A stretch of 38,384 nucleotides of DNA from a virus (IMGVR_UViG_3300045988_055146:1-38384); one strand, 5' to 3'; counted from the first letter of the stretch, positions 31,092 through 37,603 are shown. Made by a program: numbers and translations. The notes: generated by a model not told the origin, from the letters alone.

Positions 31092-31483
31092 TGTGCCGCC
31101 TCCTCCGTGCCTTCGGCAAACTCTATGCTCATGCCGCCGTCCCGCTCTCCTGTCTCAATAGCCGTGTATCTTTTGAGCAGCTCCGTCCCTGCCTTGATCC
31201 TGTCCGCCAGCTGTGCGTCCAGGCCAAACTGATCCGCTACCTCTCCCCGCATTACGGATGAGAGGAAGCGCAGCACCTCGTTTGTCTTGGCTATCTCCGC
31301 CTCGTCTATCTCGCGCAGGCGCTCGCGTATATACTCCTCCACATCAGCATCTTTCAGCAGCCTGTAGCCTGTCGTCCGCGCGCTCTTGGCGGAGTACCCG
31401 GCCTCGACCGCCGCCTGCGTCTGGTTGTTGAGGCGGATGTACGCCTCCGCAAATCTCTGTTTTTTAGGTGGCAGCCTCTTCAT
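31088..31483 (-). CDS. terS: Terminase small subunit (Terminase_2 / P27-like)
   Basis: LPPKKQRFAEAYIRLNNQTQAAVEAGYSAKSARTTGYRLLKDADVEEYI is the typical N-terminal HTH of this family. AAGGAGG RBS. Confidence 0.85.
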   Translation of the reverse strand: MKRLPPKKQRFAEAYIRLNNQTQAAVEAGYSAKSARTTGYRLLKDADVEEYIRERLREIDEAEIAKTNEVLRFLSSVMRGEVADQFGLDAQLADRIKAGTELLKRYTAIETGERDGGMSIEFAEGTEEAAQ

Positions 31484-31697
31484 CCTGTGCCTCCTTGTAC
31501 ATCTTTGCCAGCTCCTGCACCACTGCGGCCACGGAATATGTCTTGAGTATCAGCTTGTTGTCCTCCCGTATCTGCCAGCATGTCAGCACCTTGTCGTACT
31601 TGATGCTGTAAAACTGCCGGGAGTTGAGGCTGATGTTCCGCCCGCGCATTATCAGCGCCTGCTGCAAACGCTTTGCCGTGTCTCTCATGCTGCGCAT
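31464..31697 (-). CDS. Hypothetical protein, first gene of the late operon
   Basis: 77-aa ORF with a GGGAGGG RBS. It lies about 30 nt downstream of copy 2 of the 47-bp late element. Confidence 0.65.
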   Translation of the reverse strand: MRSMRDTAKRLQQALIMRGRNISLNSRQFYSIKYDKVLTCWQIREDNKLILKTYSVAAVVQELAKMYKEAQDEEAAT

Positions 31698-31730
31698 GCT
31701 GTGTCCCTCCCTGCTTTTGTCTTATGAGAT

Positions 31731-31777
31731 TATTATAGCGGGGGAGCGCTCGTTTTCTCTATGGCCCTTTTTGCCCT
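31731..31777 (-). promoter_or_regulatory. 47-bp conserved late-promoter element, copy 2 (upstream of the packaging genes)
   Basis: Identical to 17319-17365. TATAAT (minus strand) falls at 31732-31737. Confidence 0.6.
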
Positions 31778-31833
31778 AAATTTCTGAGGCGTCCTGCGCT
31801 CAAAATTTTTTTTGAGAAAATTAAAAAAAGCGC

Positions 31834-31862
31834 TTGACATATCACCCAATGAGTGATAATAT
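31834..31862 (+). promoter_or_regulatory. Near-consensus promoter TTGACA-17-TAATAT with embedded operator TATCAC-N7-GTGATA
   Basis: TTGACA is at 31834-31839 and TAATAT at 31857-31862. A perfect inverted repeat at 31840-31858 fills the spacer. An A-tract / UP-like element and the CTCAAAA-TTTT-TTTTGAG palindrome lie upstream (31800-31833). Confidence 0.65.
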
Positions 31863-31913
31863 AAGGCACGTAAAGACAAAACGGATGGCCGACAGGCAGA
31901 AAGGAAATACAAA

Positions 31914-32207
31914 ATGAACGAGAACAACATGATCAACATCAACGCAGACGATCTCCGCACGGTAGCGGAGGAGACCAAGGACAAGAGGCTCGGGAGATTC
32001 AGCGCCGAGTATTATCAGCTCAGTTATGACCCGCGCACCGGCGAGCTGTGGACAGATTTTCACTGCTCTCTCGGCGGCAATGAGCACACGGTGTACCGTG
32101 ATGAGGAGATCATTCCTTGCGGCAATCTCCGCAGGCGGTACACTGAGGCAGAGCTGCGCGAGCTCGTGGAGCTCTGCGTGGAGGAGCGAGAGGCAGGTGT
32201 GCGTTGA
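31914..32207 (+). CDS. Small acidic hypothetical protein (anti-CRISPR candidate by context)
   Basis: 97-aa ORF, rich in Glu/Asp, with no motif I recognise. It is the first gene after the operator-containing promoter, and its stop overlaps the start of the HTH gene. Confidence 0.7.
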   Translation: MNENNMININADDLRTVAEETKDKRLGRFSAEYYQLSYDPRTGELWTDFHCSLGGNEHTVYRDEEIIPCGNLRRRYTEAELRELVELCVEEREAGVR

Positions 32208-32431
32208 CTATCCGGGAGCTCAGAGCACGGACAGGGCTCACGCAGGCGGCGTTTGCTGCGGCGCTGCACATCCCCAAGCGCAGCATTGAAAACTGGGAGG
32301 GCGGCGGCAGAACGCCGCCTGCCTATCTCGTTGAGCTGATCGAGTACCGGGTCGCGCACGATCCGGACTTGACAGGCTCGCGCAGTCTTGATAAAATGCA
32401 CGTGTCAGGCGGGAAACCGCCTGTGGATTGA
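32204..32431 (+). CDS. Small XRE-type HTH regulator (Aca-like by context)
   Basis: 75 aa. IRELRARTGLTQAAFAAALHIPKRSIENWEGGGRTPPAYLVELI is a canonical XRE HTH. The TTG start overlaps the upstream TGA. The last 9 codons and the stop lie inside the CRISPR-repeat-like element. Confidence 0.8.
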   Translation: MTIRELRARTGLTQAAFAAALHIPKRSIENWEGGGRTPPAYLVELIEYRVAHDPDLTGSRSLDKMHVSGGKPPVD

Positions 32432-32434
32432 AAC
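32404..32434 (+). ncRNA. Solitary type I-C-like CRISPR repeat unit (candidate RNA anti-CRISPR / Cas5d-processing site)
   Basis: The sequence is GTC-AGGCGG-GAAA-CCGCCT-GTGGATTGAAAC. The GTC head, a 6-bp stem with a tetraloop, and the GTGGATTGAAAC tail match the type I-C repeat architecture. There is a single copy, with a terminator 21 nt downstream. Confidence 0.6.
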
Positions 32435-32455
32435 ACAACTACCACATGCGCGCAG

Positions 32456-32488
32456 AAAAAGGGCGGCCAATAACTGGCCGCCCTTTTT
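32456..32488. terminator. Bidirectional rho-independent terminator
   Basis: AAAAA-GGGCGGCCA-ATAAC-TGGCCGCCC-TTTTT is a perfect 9-bp stem. It lies between the convergent plus-strand operon and the end of the early operon. Confidence 0.85.
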
Positions 32489-32497
32489 CTGCGTTCT

Positions 32498-32731
32498 TCA
32501 TTCGATCTCATATTTCCTCATTGTCATCTGGTATACCGGGCAGCGCTCATAAGGCCCCACGCAGTGCCGCCCCATGTAGGAATCCTTTGCCCGCAGTGTG
32601 GAGAACTGCATGCTCAGCTTCATTTTATCCGCAAAGCCCTCGCATACTATGTCGCGCTTGCCTGCCCGCTCGCCCATGAAGAACGGGCAGCGCACGTCGG
32701 CTGCGTTCCACGTCTCCTTGTGGTTGGCCAT
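32498..32731 (-). CDS. Hypothetical Cys-rich small protein
   Basis: 77-aa ORF with an AAGGAGG RBS. Cys pattern is CPFF...IVCEG...HCVGPYERCPVY. Confidence 0.7.
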   Translation of the reverse strand: MANHKETWNAADVRCPFFMGERAGKRDIVCEGFADKMKLSMQFSTLRAKDSYMGRHCVGPYERCPVYQMTMRKYEIE

Positions 32732-32746
32732 ACTCCGCTCGCCTCC

Positions 32747-33055
32747 TTATATGCCGTTGAGCGCGTCGTCAAGGCAGGCGAAATCCGCAGGCGTGAACAT
32801 GCACTCCTGCTTCTCTTCCTCGGTCCTGCGCCATTGCTTTGCCGCCCCGGCCTTGGCCTCGGTCTCCCGCTCCTGCGGTGTTTTCCTGTCGTTCTCCGGG
32901 TCGTAGCTGTACTCTGTCAGCTCTCCCCGGAAGCCGCACAGCCTGCACCCGGCGTAGCCTGCCCTTGCATACTCCGCCGGTACCTCGCTCAGATGGTACA
33001 GCTTGCCCAGCTTTGCCGCGCACCCGGCGCACAGTCTCGTCCGTATCCTGCTCAT
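32747..33055 (-). CDS. Hypothetical zinc-ribbon-like protein
   Basis: The ORF track gives 32747-33298, but the ATG at 33055 overlaps the upstream stop (ATGA). Sequence is MSRIRTRLCAGCAAKLG...GCRLCGF (CxxC...CxxC). Confidence 0.65.
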   Translation of the reverse strand: MSRIRTRLCAGCAAKLGKLYHLSEVPAEYARAGYAGCRLCGFRGELTEYSYDPENDRKTPQERETEAKAGAAKQWRRTEEEKQECMFTPADFACLDDALNGI

Positions 33056-33840
33056 GTGTTCCTCCTTCCTCCGCGCTTCGGCGGACGTGGTATTATGATC
33101 CTCCCGCCCCGCACCTTCGGCCGCACCGGCAGGATGCATCTCACGTATGAGCTTATTGCCCGCCCGCACTCGTCGTCCAGGCGCTCGAAAGCAGTCTGTC
33201 TCGCCGTCGGCAGTACGGCTATGTCCTCCGCGCCGCCGCTTACTTCCTCCGGCTCTGTGTATATGGGCTTGAGCAGGTTGCCCCTGCTCGTGCTCCACTT
33301 GTTCTTTCCGCGCTCAAGGCCGTGTACGTTTTTGACCATGTACACCGCCAGCGCCGTGTGGTCTTCCCGTCCGTCTATCTCCTCCACGGAGATTGTTCCC
33401 CACTTCCACAGCCCGGCCAGCATGTCAAGGCTGCATGCCTCGATCACAAAGTGGTGGTGCAGGCGGGCAGGCGCGTCCCGCTCCGGGCTCCAGTTTGCGT
33501 TTACCATCACGTACCTTGGGTTACGTCCATGCTCCCGGCGGAAGGCAGCGCGAAGCACCCGTGTGAACTTGCCTCCGTTCTCCTCGAGGGCGGCATAGTC
33601 TGCGGGCAGGTGCTCGTCATCGTATTTTGCTGTTACCCACAGCCATCCCCGTTCAAGGTTGGCGTTGAGTATCCGCGCTAAAGACTTCACGGCTTCCATC
33701 TCGTTCGCCCTGATCTTCCTTGCCGATGTGTTTCCGGCTATCCTCTGACCGCGCGGCTTCTTCTGTGGAGATCCGGCACGGACATTCATGTATGTCCGTC
33801 TGATCTCCACCACGTTCCCCGATATTATCTTGTACTCCAT
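33052..33840 (-). CDS. HUH-superfamily rolling-circle replication initiator-like protein (Rep)
   Basis: Motif 1-like is GWLWVTAKYD, motif 2 is ARLHHHFVIE (HUH), and motif 3 is ALAVYMVKNV (YxxK). The ORF track start is 33852, but the ATG at 33840 has the better GAGGAA RBS. Confidence 0.55.
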   Translation of the reverse strand: MEYKIISGNVVEIRRTYMNVRAGSPQKKPRGQRIAGNTSARKIRANEMEAVKSLARILNANLERGWLWVTAKYDDEHLPADYAALEENGGKFTRVLRAAFRREHGRNPRYVMVNANWSPERDAPARLHHHFVIEACSLDMLAGLWKWGTISVEEIDGREDHTALAVYMVKNVHGLERGKNKWSTSRGNLLKPIYTEPEEVSGGAEDIAVLPTARQTAFERLDDECGRAISSYVRCILPVRPKVRGGRIIIPRPPKRGGRRNT

Positions 33841-34027
33841 CAGTTTCCTCATTCCTTTTAAAGCCTCGTCCTAATCTTAGCCTCTTAAAAGTCTCGCAAG
33901 AAACGCACGCGCCCGCGCGTTTCTTTTCCTGCCTCGCGCCTGCGCGCGAATATAATAAGTAGAAAGGTACAGGGGTCTCGAAGCCGCCCGCGCCGTGCGT
34001 GGGCGCTTTCCAGATCCTTGCGCCGAA

Positions 34028-34050
34028 GAGGGGAGAATTGATCTCCCCTC
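34028..34050. terminator. Hairpin at the end of the tandem-HTH gene
   Basis: GAGGGGAGA-ATTGA-TCTCCCCTC is a perfect 9-bp stem that includes the stop codon. The T-rich tail is mainly on the plus strand. Confidence 0.4.
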
Positions 34051-34462
34051 ATTTGTTTTCTCGAAAGAACACCTGCTCTATGCTCATGTCCATTGCCTTT
34101 GCCACCTGCCATGCAAAGCCGAGACTTGGCATCTTGTCTCTCTCGTATCCGGCTATCGTCTGCGCCGACAGGTAAGCCCGCGCCGCCAGCTCAAATACGC
34201 TCAGCCTTGCCTCCAGCCTTGTCAGGAGCAGGCTCTGTCCCGTTGTCAGCTGCCCCTTCGGCAGCTGCATCAGCGCCGCGCTGGACAGCCCCAGCGCATC
34301 CTCAATGCGCCACAGCGTCACGTCCTGCACCTTGCCCGCACCGAGGAAGCGGTTCACGTTGTTCGTGCTCACTCCGCATGCCTTGGCAAGCCACGTCACG
34401 CTGCGCCCCTGCTCCTGCATTGCCGCCTCCACCGCGCCCGTGTCTATATGTATCACGCTCAT
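34049..34462 (-). CDS. Tandem helix-turn-helix (two XRE-like HTH) regulator
   Basis: The ORF track gives 34049-34690, but the ATG at 34462 follows GGAGG by 9 nt. HTH 1 is GRSVTWLAKACGVSTNNVNRFLGAG. HTH 2 is RLSVFELAARAYLSAQTIAGYERDK. Confidence 0.75.
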   Translation of the reverse strand: MSVIHIDTGAVEAAMQEQGRSVTWLAKACGVSTNNVNRFLGAGKVQDVTLWRIEDALGLSSAALMQLPKGQLTTGQSLLLTRLEARLSVFELAARAYLSAQTIAGYERDKMPSLGFAWQVAKAMDMSIEQVFFRENK

Positions 34463-34479
34463 TCGCTGTCCGCCTCCTG

Positions 34480-35025
34480 TTATTTTTGTTGATCCTCCAG
34501 CTTCATGAAGCATCCCCAAAATGTTTTTGAGTTCTTTCCGCTGTGGTGCCCGAATAGTGGCCTCATTCCAATTGCTCGCCATACAGCTGCTGCGGGGATT
34601 TGCCCTTCCGACCATTTGAAAATGAGTACTCCATCTGGTTTGAGCACTCGCATACATTCTTGGAAACCGTCTTTGAGCATCAGCGGCCATGTTTTATCTA
34701 GCTTGCCATATTTTTCGACCAGCCACGAAGTTTGCCCCGCATCTATGAGGTGTGGAGGATCAAATATAACCAACGTAAAAGTGTTGCTTCTGAACGGTAG
34801 GCGCGTGAAGTCGCATTGTATATCAGGTGCAACCTCGCATATGCGAGTGCTTTTTCCCTTGTTGGAACTCCATTCTCTTTCCGTTCGGCTTTGCCGAATA
34901 TCGCAATACACGGCGGCAGGGTGATGTTTGTCGAACCAGATTGATTTGCTCCCGCATGTAGCATCTAGTATTTTTTTGTTCTGCGGCAGCTCGACCTCTG
35001 TGCTTATCCACGTTGTTTCCGTCAT
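34480..35025 (-). CDS. Orphan SAM-dependent DNA methyltransferase (DPPH motif; N6-A or N4-C class)
   Basis: Motif I-like is ILDATCGS and motif IV is VIFDPPH. 181 aa with an AAGGAGG RBS. The gene is visibly more A+T-rich than its neighbours. Confidence 0.75.
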   Translation of the reverse strand: MTETTWISTEVELPQNKKILDATCGSKSIWFDKHHPAAVYCDIRQSRTEREWSSNKGKSTRICEVAPDIQCDFTRLPFRSNTFTLVIFDPPHLIDAGQTSWLVEKYGKLDKTWPLMLKDGFQECMRVLKPDGVLIFKWSEGQIPAAAVWRAIGMRPLFGHHSGKNSKTFWGCFMKLEDQQK

Positions 35026-35041
35026 CCCGTTACCTCCTTTA

Positions 35042-35308
35042 TCATTTTCCGGCGGTGCCGTCCATCTTCGCGCCGCAGTTCGGGCAGTAGTTGTGTCTAT
35101 TCGCAGCTATTGTTCCAACTGCAATTTTGTAGCCTCTTCCGCAGTTGGTGCAATACCATGAGCTGCGCCGGCGCTCCCACTTTCCGTGTGCCACCTGTGT
35201 GTACTCTCTGAGTTCCTCATATGGACAGGCCCCGAGATTGCAATAGCTCCCGGTCTTTTGGCACCCCCCTCCGTGACTTTCGTGTGTGCAGAATTCAACC
35301 ACCTTCAA
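35042..35308 (-). CDS. Zinc-ribbon protein
   Basis: 88 aa, containing CTNCGRGY...YCPNCGAKM plus an N-terminal Cys/His cluster. The start is uncertain (TTG at 35308 or GTG at 35302). Confidence 0.65.
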   Translation of the reverse strand: MKVVEFCTHESHGGGCQKTGSYCNLGACPYEELREYTQVAHGKWERRRSSWYCTNCGRGYKIAVGTIAANRHNYCPNCGAKMDGTAGK

Positions 35309-35678
35309 GCACCTCCCCGGTCTCCGGATCCGTCACGCCTATGTAGCCCGGCCCGCTGCCGGTAAACTTTCCGCGCCGCAGTGCGCGGTCCGCCTCTGCC
35401 GCCACGGTCAGCCAGCTCAGCGCGCCGAGCATTGCGATCTGGTGCATGTTCTTTGTGTAGGCGTCAAACTCCGTCGCGTTCATGTCCTTGCATGCGCCCC
35501 ACATGTACTTCAGGCTCTGCTTGTGCTCGTTCGTCGAGGCTACGGCTTTCTCCACCGCGTCCTGTATGTAGGCGTAGCACTCGTGCATGCCGCCCGCAGC
35601 GCCGCGTCTCTCTTTGATGCCGTCTCTTTCTGCTGCCATCAGGGCCGTCAGCCCCGGCTGTGTGTCAAACAAACTCAT
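35295..35678 (-). CDS. Hypothetical protein
   Basis: 127-aa ORF that overlaps both neighbours by a few codons. Its amino-acid composition is coding-like. Confidence 0.65.
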   Translation of the reverse strand: MSLFDTQPGLTALMAAERDGIKERRGAAGGMHECYAYIQDAVEKAVASTNEHKQSLKYMWGACKDMNATEFDAYTKNMHQIAMLGALSWLTVAAEADRALRRGKFTGSGPGYIGVTDPETGEVLEGG

Positions 35679-36129
35679 ATTCTCTCTCCCCCAGATACTC
35701 TGTCAGCACGTCGCGCGCCTCTTCCCAGCCGTGGCATACCTTCCAGCAGTAGCCCTGCCGCGCCAGCTGCGCGCCCCATTCCTTCTGCTCCCGGCTCACG
35801 GTGCTGCCCTTGAGCTTCTTCATCTCAATGTACAGCCCGTGAAACTTCCCGCGCGGCACCGGCAGGCAGATGTCCGGTACGCCCGCCTTCACGCCCTCGG
35901 CCTTGAAGCGCCCCGCCTCGGCCTTGCTGCGCTTGCCGCCGTTCGGTATGTGGAACATCAGCGCAAGCTCCGGGTATATCCCCATCCTTGCCTGCGCGTC
36001 CGCCCAGTTGAACAGCGTTGCCTGCTCCTGTCCCTCCGGCGCGCATGCCGGCAGCCGTTCCTTCTTCGGCTCAAGCGGCTGCGTCACCTTCGCCCCGTTC
36101 GCTCTGCAGTTCCTGTAGTGTGCTCCCAT
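35665..36129 (-). CDS. VRR-NUC domain nuclease
   Basis: EQATLFNWA...MFHIPNGGKRSKAEAGRFKAEGVKAGVPDICLP...GLYIEMKKLKG..SREQKEW matches the PD-(D/E)xK VRR-NUC pattern. Confidence 0.8.
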   Translation of the reverse strand: MGAHYRNCRANGAKVTQPLEPKKERLPACAPEGQEQATLFNWADAQARMGIYPELALMFHIPNGGKRSKAEAGRFKAEGVKAGVPDICLPVPRGKFHGLYIEMKKLKGSTVSREQKEWGAQLARQGYCWKVCHGWEEARDVLTEYLGEREYEFV

Positions 36130-36354
36130 TCAGAAGTCCCTCCATTGTCCTTTGTATTTTGCTCTGGTGTCTTTCTTCGGCGGGCCGTCAGGCGGTCTCC
36201 GCCGTGGCTTGTAGTTCTTGCTGCGCATGTCAAACTCCCGCCCGGCAGCGGCGCAGCCTATCACTCCGCACTCGCCGCTGCCGCTGCACTCGCTCATCCA
36301 GTACGCTTCCCTCAGCTTTCTCTCGTGCTCCGGGCACAGGTACATCTTCATCAT
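36130..36354 (-). CDS. Hypothetical Cys-rich small protein
   Basis: The ORF track gives 36130-36525, but the ATG at 36354 overlaps the upstream TGA (ATGA). Sequence is MMKMYLCPEHERKLREAYWMSECSGSGECGVIGC..., with a basic C-terminus. Confidence 0.6.
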   Translation of the reverse strand: MMKMYLCPEHERKLREAYWMSECSGSGECGVIGCAAAGREFDMRSKNYKPRRRPPDGPPKKDTRAKYKGQWRDF

Positions 36355-36563
36355 CCGGCTCTCCCTCTCTCGTACAGCGTGCAGTCCGCTGGGTCTCTCC
36401 TGTCCGGCGGGTGCTGCGCTATGCGGCTCTTGCCCGTCATGTATAGGTAGTCGCAGCCGTAGGCGTATGAGTAGCCGGTCTCCGTGTGCATCCGGCAGCG
36501 GTATATGCAGTCCTTCCGCGTGCATCGCCGCATCTCCGGCGCTTCACTCTTTTCTTTCGGCAT
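36351..36563 (-). CDS. Hypothetical Cys-rich small protein
   Basis: 70-aa ORF. Cys pattern is RRCTRKDCIYRCRMH...YGCDYLY...DCTLY. Confidence 0.6.
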   Translation of the reverse strand: MPKEKSEAPEMRRCTRKDCIYRCRMHTETGYSYAYGCDYLYMTGKSRIAQHPPDRRDPADCTLYERGRAG

Positions 36564-36825
36564 AGCTGTACAGGTCCTCCCTTATGTCCTTTATGCTGTC
36601 CGGCACATAGCGCCTGCCCTTCAGCCGCTCCGCGCACACCAGTATGCTTATCACGTAGTTGCGCGCGGTCACGGCGCTCATGTGGTCCGCCGCCGGTATC
36701 TCGCCCCTGCTCATCAGCATCCGGGCCGCCCCGTCCGTCGCCGTTATCTGCATTGCGGTCTCTCCCCGGATGAACTCTCCGTCCTCCAGTACCTCCGTCT
36801 CGTAGGTTACGGTCAGCACCTTCAT
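36544..36825 (-). CDS. Hypothetical protein
   Basis: The ORF track gives 36544-36900, but the ATG at 36825 overlaps the upstream stop (ATGA) and follows GGAGG. Sequence begins MKVLTVTYETEVLEDGEFIRGE... Confidence 0.6.
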   Translation of the reverse strand: MKVLTVTYETEVLEDGEFIRGETAMQITATDGAARMLMSRGEIPAADHMSAVTARNYVISILVCAERLKGRRYVPDSIKDIREDLYSYAERKE

Positions 36826-37070
36826 GCGCCTCGCCTCCATCCTCTGCGCTGCTCCCGCTCCTCGCGCTCCAGCTGTTTGTAAATCTTCGCGTCCATCCAC
36901 GCCGGGTCATACTCTATCACGTCCCGGCATCCGCGCACCGTCTCCGCGATCCGCTGCACCGTGTGCACCGCCAGCGGCGGGACTATCAGCAGCGCCGCCA
37001 CTATGCCCAACGCCAGCGCGCCGGTCCCGGCCACGCTCAGCCCGCCTATGTATGCTATTATTGCTTCCAT
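36822..37070 (-). CDS. Small membrane protein (one TM helix)
   Basis: 82 aa. The TM region is MEAIIAYIGGLSVAGTGALALGIVAALLIVPPL, followed by a charged C-terminus. Confidence 0.6.
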   Translation of the reverse strand: MEAIIAYIGGLSVAGTGALALGIVAALLIVPPLAVHTVQRIAETVRGCRDVIEYDPAWMDAKIYKQLEREEREQRRGWRRGA

Positions 37071-37216
37071 TGCTTACTCCCTTCCAGCAGCACCTCGGGG
37101 TGCCGCTGCACATATGCCCTCAGCAGAATCCCCCACAGCTCTTCCTTGGCCTCCCGGCTCATTCCGCCGTCGTCCAGTATCTCTGCCGGCCCCGTCCTAG
37201 CTATGGTTATCGGCAT
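37058..37216 (-). CDS. Hypothetical 52-aa protein
   Basis: Not in the ORF track. Hand translation gives MPITIARTGPAEILDDGGMSREAKEELWGILLRAYVQRHPEVLLEGSKQWKQ. GGGAGG lies 9 nt upstream. It fills the gap and overlaps both neighbours. Confidence 0.45.
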   Translation of the reverse strand: MPITIARTGPAEILDDGGMSREAKEELWGILLRAYVQRHPEVLLEGSKQWKQ

Positions 37217-37352
37217 TGCTCTCCGCCTCCCGCTCCTTCACCATGCGCAGCATCCCGTCTGCCACGCCCACGAGGTACGCCGTGCTCTCCGCCGGTATCC
37301 TCTTCACTGCCTCCGCCAGCTTCTCGGCTGCGTTCTTTTCTTCTGTGCTCAT
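37197..37352 (-). CDS. Hypothetical 51-aa protein
   Basis: Not in the ORF track. Hand translation gives MSTEEKNAAEKLAEAVKRIPAESTAYLVGVADGMLRMVKEREAESNADNHS. GGAGG lies 8 nt upstream. The ATG overlaps the upstream TGA (ATGA at 37349-37352). Confidence 0.5.
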   Translation of the reverse strand: MSTEEKNAAEKLAEAVKRIPAESTAYLVGVADGMLRMVKEREAESNADNHS

Positions 37353-37603
37353 TTGCTTTCCCTCCTGTAGTCGTCGATCGTTTTCGGGTTCTCCTCGCCA
37401 TAGAGGTCAAAGAGAATGTCGTCTGCCGCCTTGCGCACTGCCGGGTCATCCGTCAGCACCTCGGCCTTGAAGCCCGTTGTGCTGCTGTACGGCAGCTCTT
37501 CCCGCAGGCACCGCAGGAATTCTTCTGCGTCCGTGAATTCCTGCACGTCCCCGTTAATGTATCTTGCCCGCCCTACCAGCTGGACCTCTGTGCTTTTTTC
37601 CAT
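37349..37603 (-). CDS. Hypothetical protein, first gene of the early operon
   Basis: 84-aa ORF with an AAGGAGG RBS at 37610-37616. Confidence 0.7.
   Translation of the reverse strand: MEKSTEVQLVGRARYINGDVQEFTDAEEFLRCLREELPYSSTTGFKAEVLTDDPAVRKAADDILFDLYGEENPKTIDDYRRESK

Noticed and set aside
30042-31232. 396-aa plus-strand ORF over the terminase genes
   Set aside because: It is antisense to TerL, which has Walker A/B motifs, and to TerS. Its composition is Arg/Pro/Leu-rich.
32404-32490. A bona fide CRISPR array or mini-array
   Set aside because: Only a single repeat-like unit is present. The sequence 30-40 nt downstream is a terminator, not a second repeat. The other ATTGAAAC-ending unit (3435-3467) is about 29 kb away on the other strand, with a different stem. 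No cas genes are present.
32564-33598. 344-aa plus-strand ORF. The same judgement applies to 35587-36450 (287 aa) and 36824-37630 (268 aa).
   Set aside because: These are antisense to runs of coupled early genes with good RBSs. Their Pro/Arg/Ser/Ala-rich composition is typical of non-coding frames in high-GC DNA.
33885-34112. 75-aa minus-strand ORF in the intergenic region upstream of the Rep-like gene
   Set aside because: It overlaps the 3' end of the tandem-HTH gene out of frame, is Arg/Gly-rich, and has no RBS.
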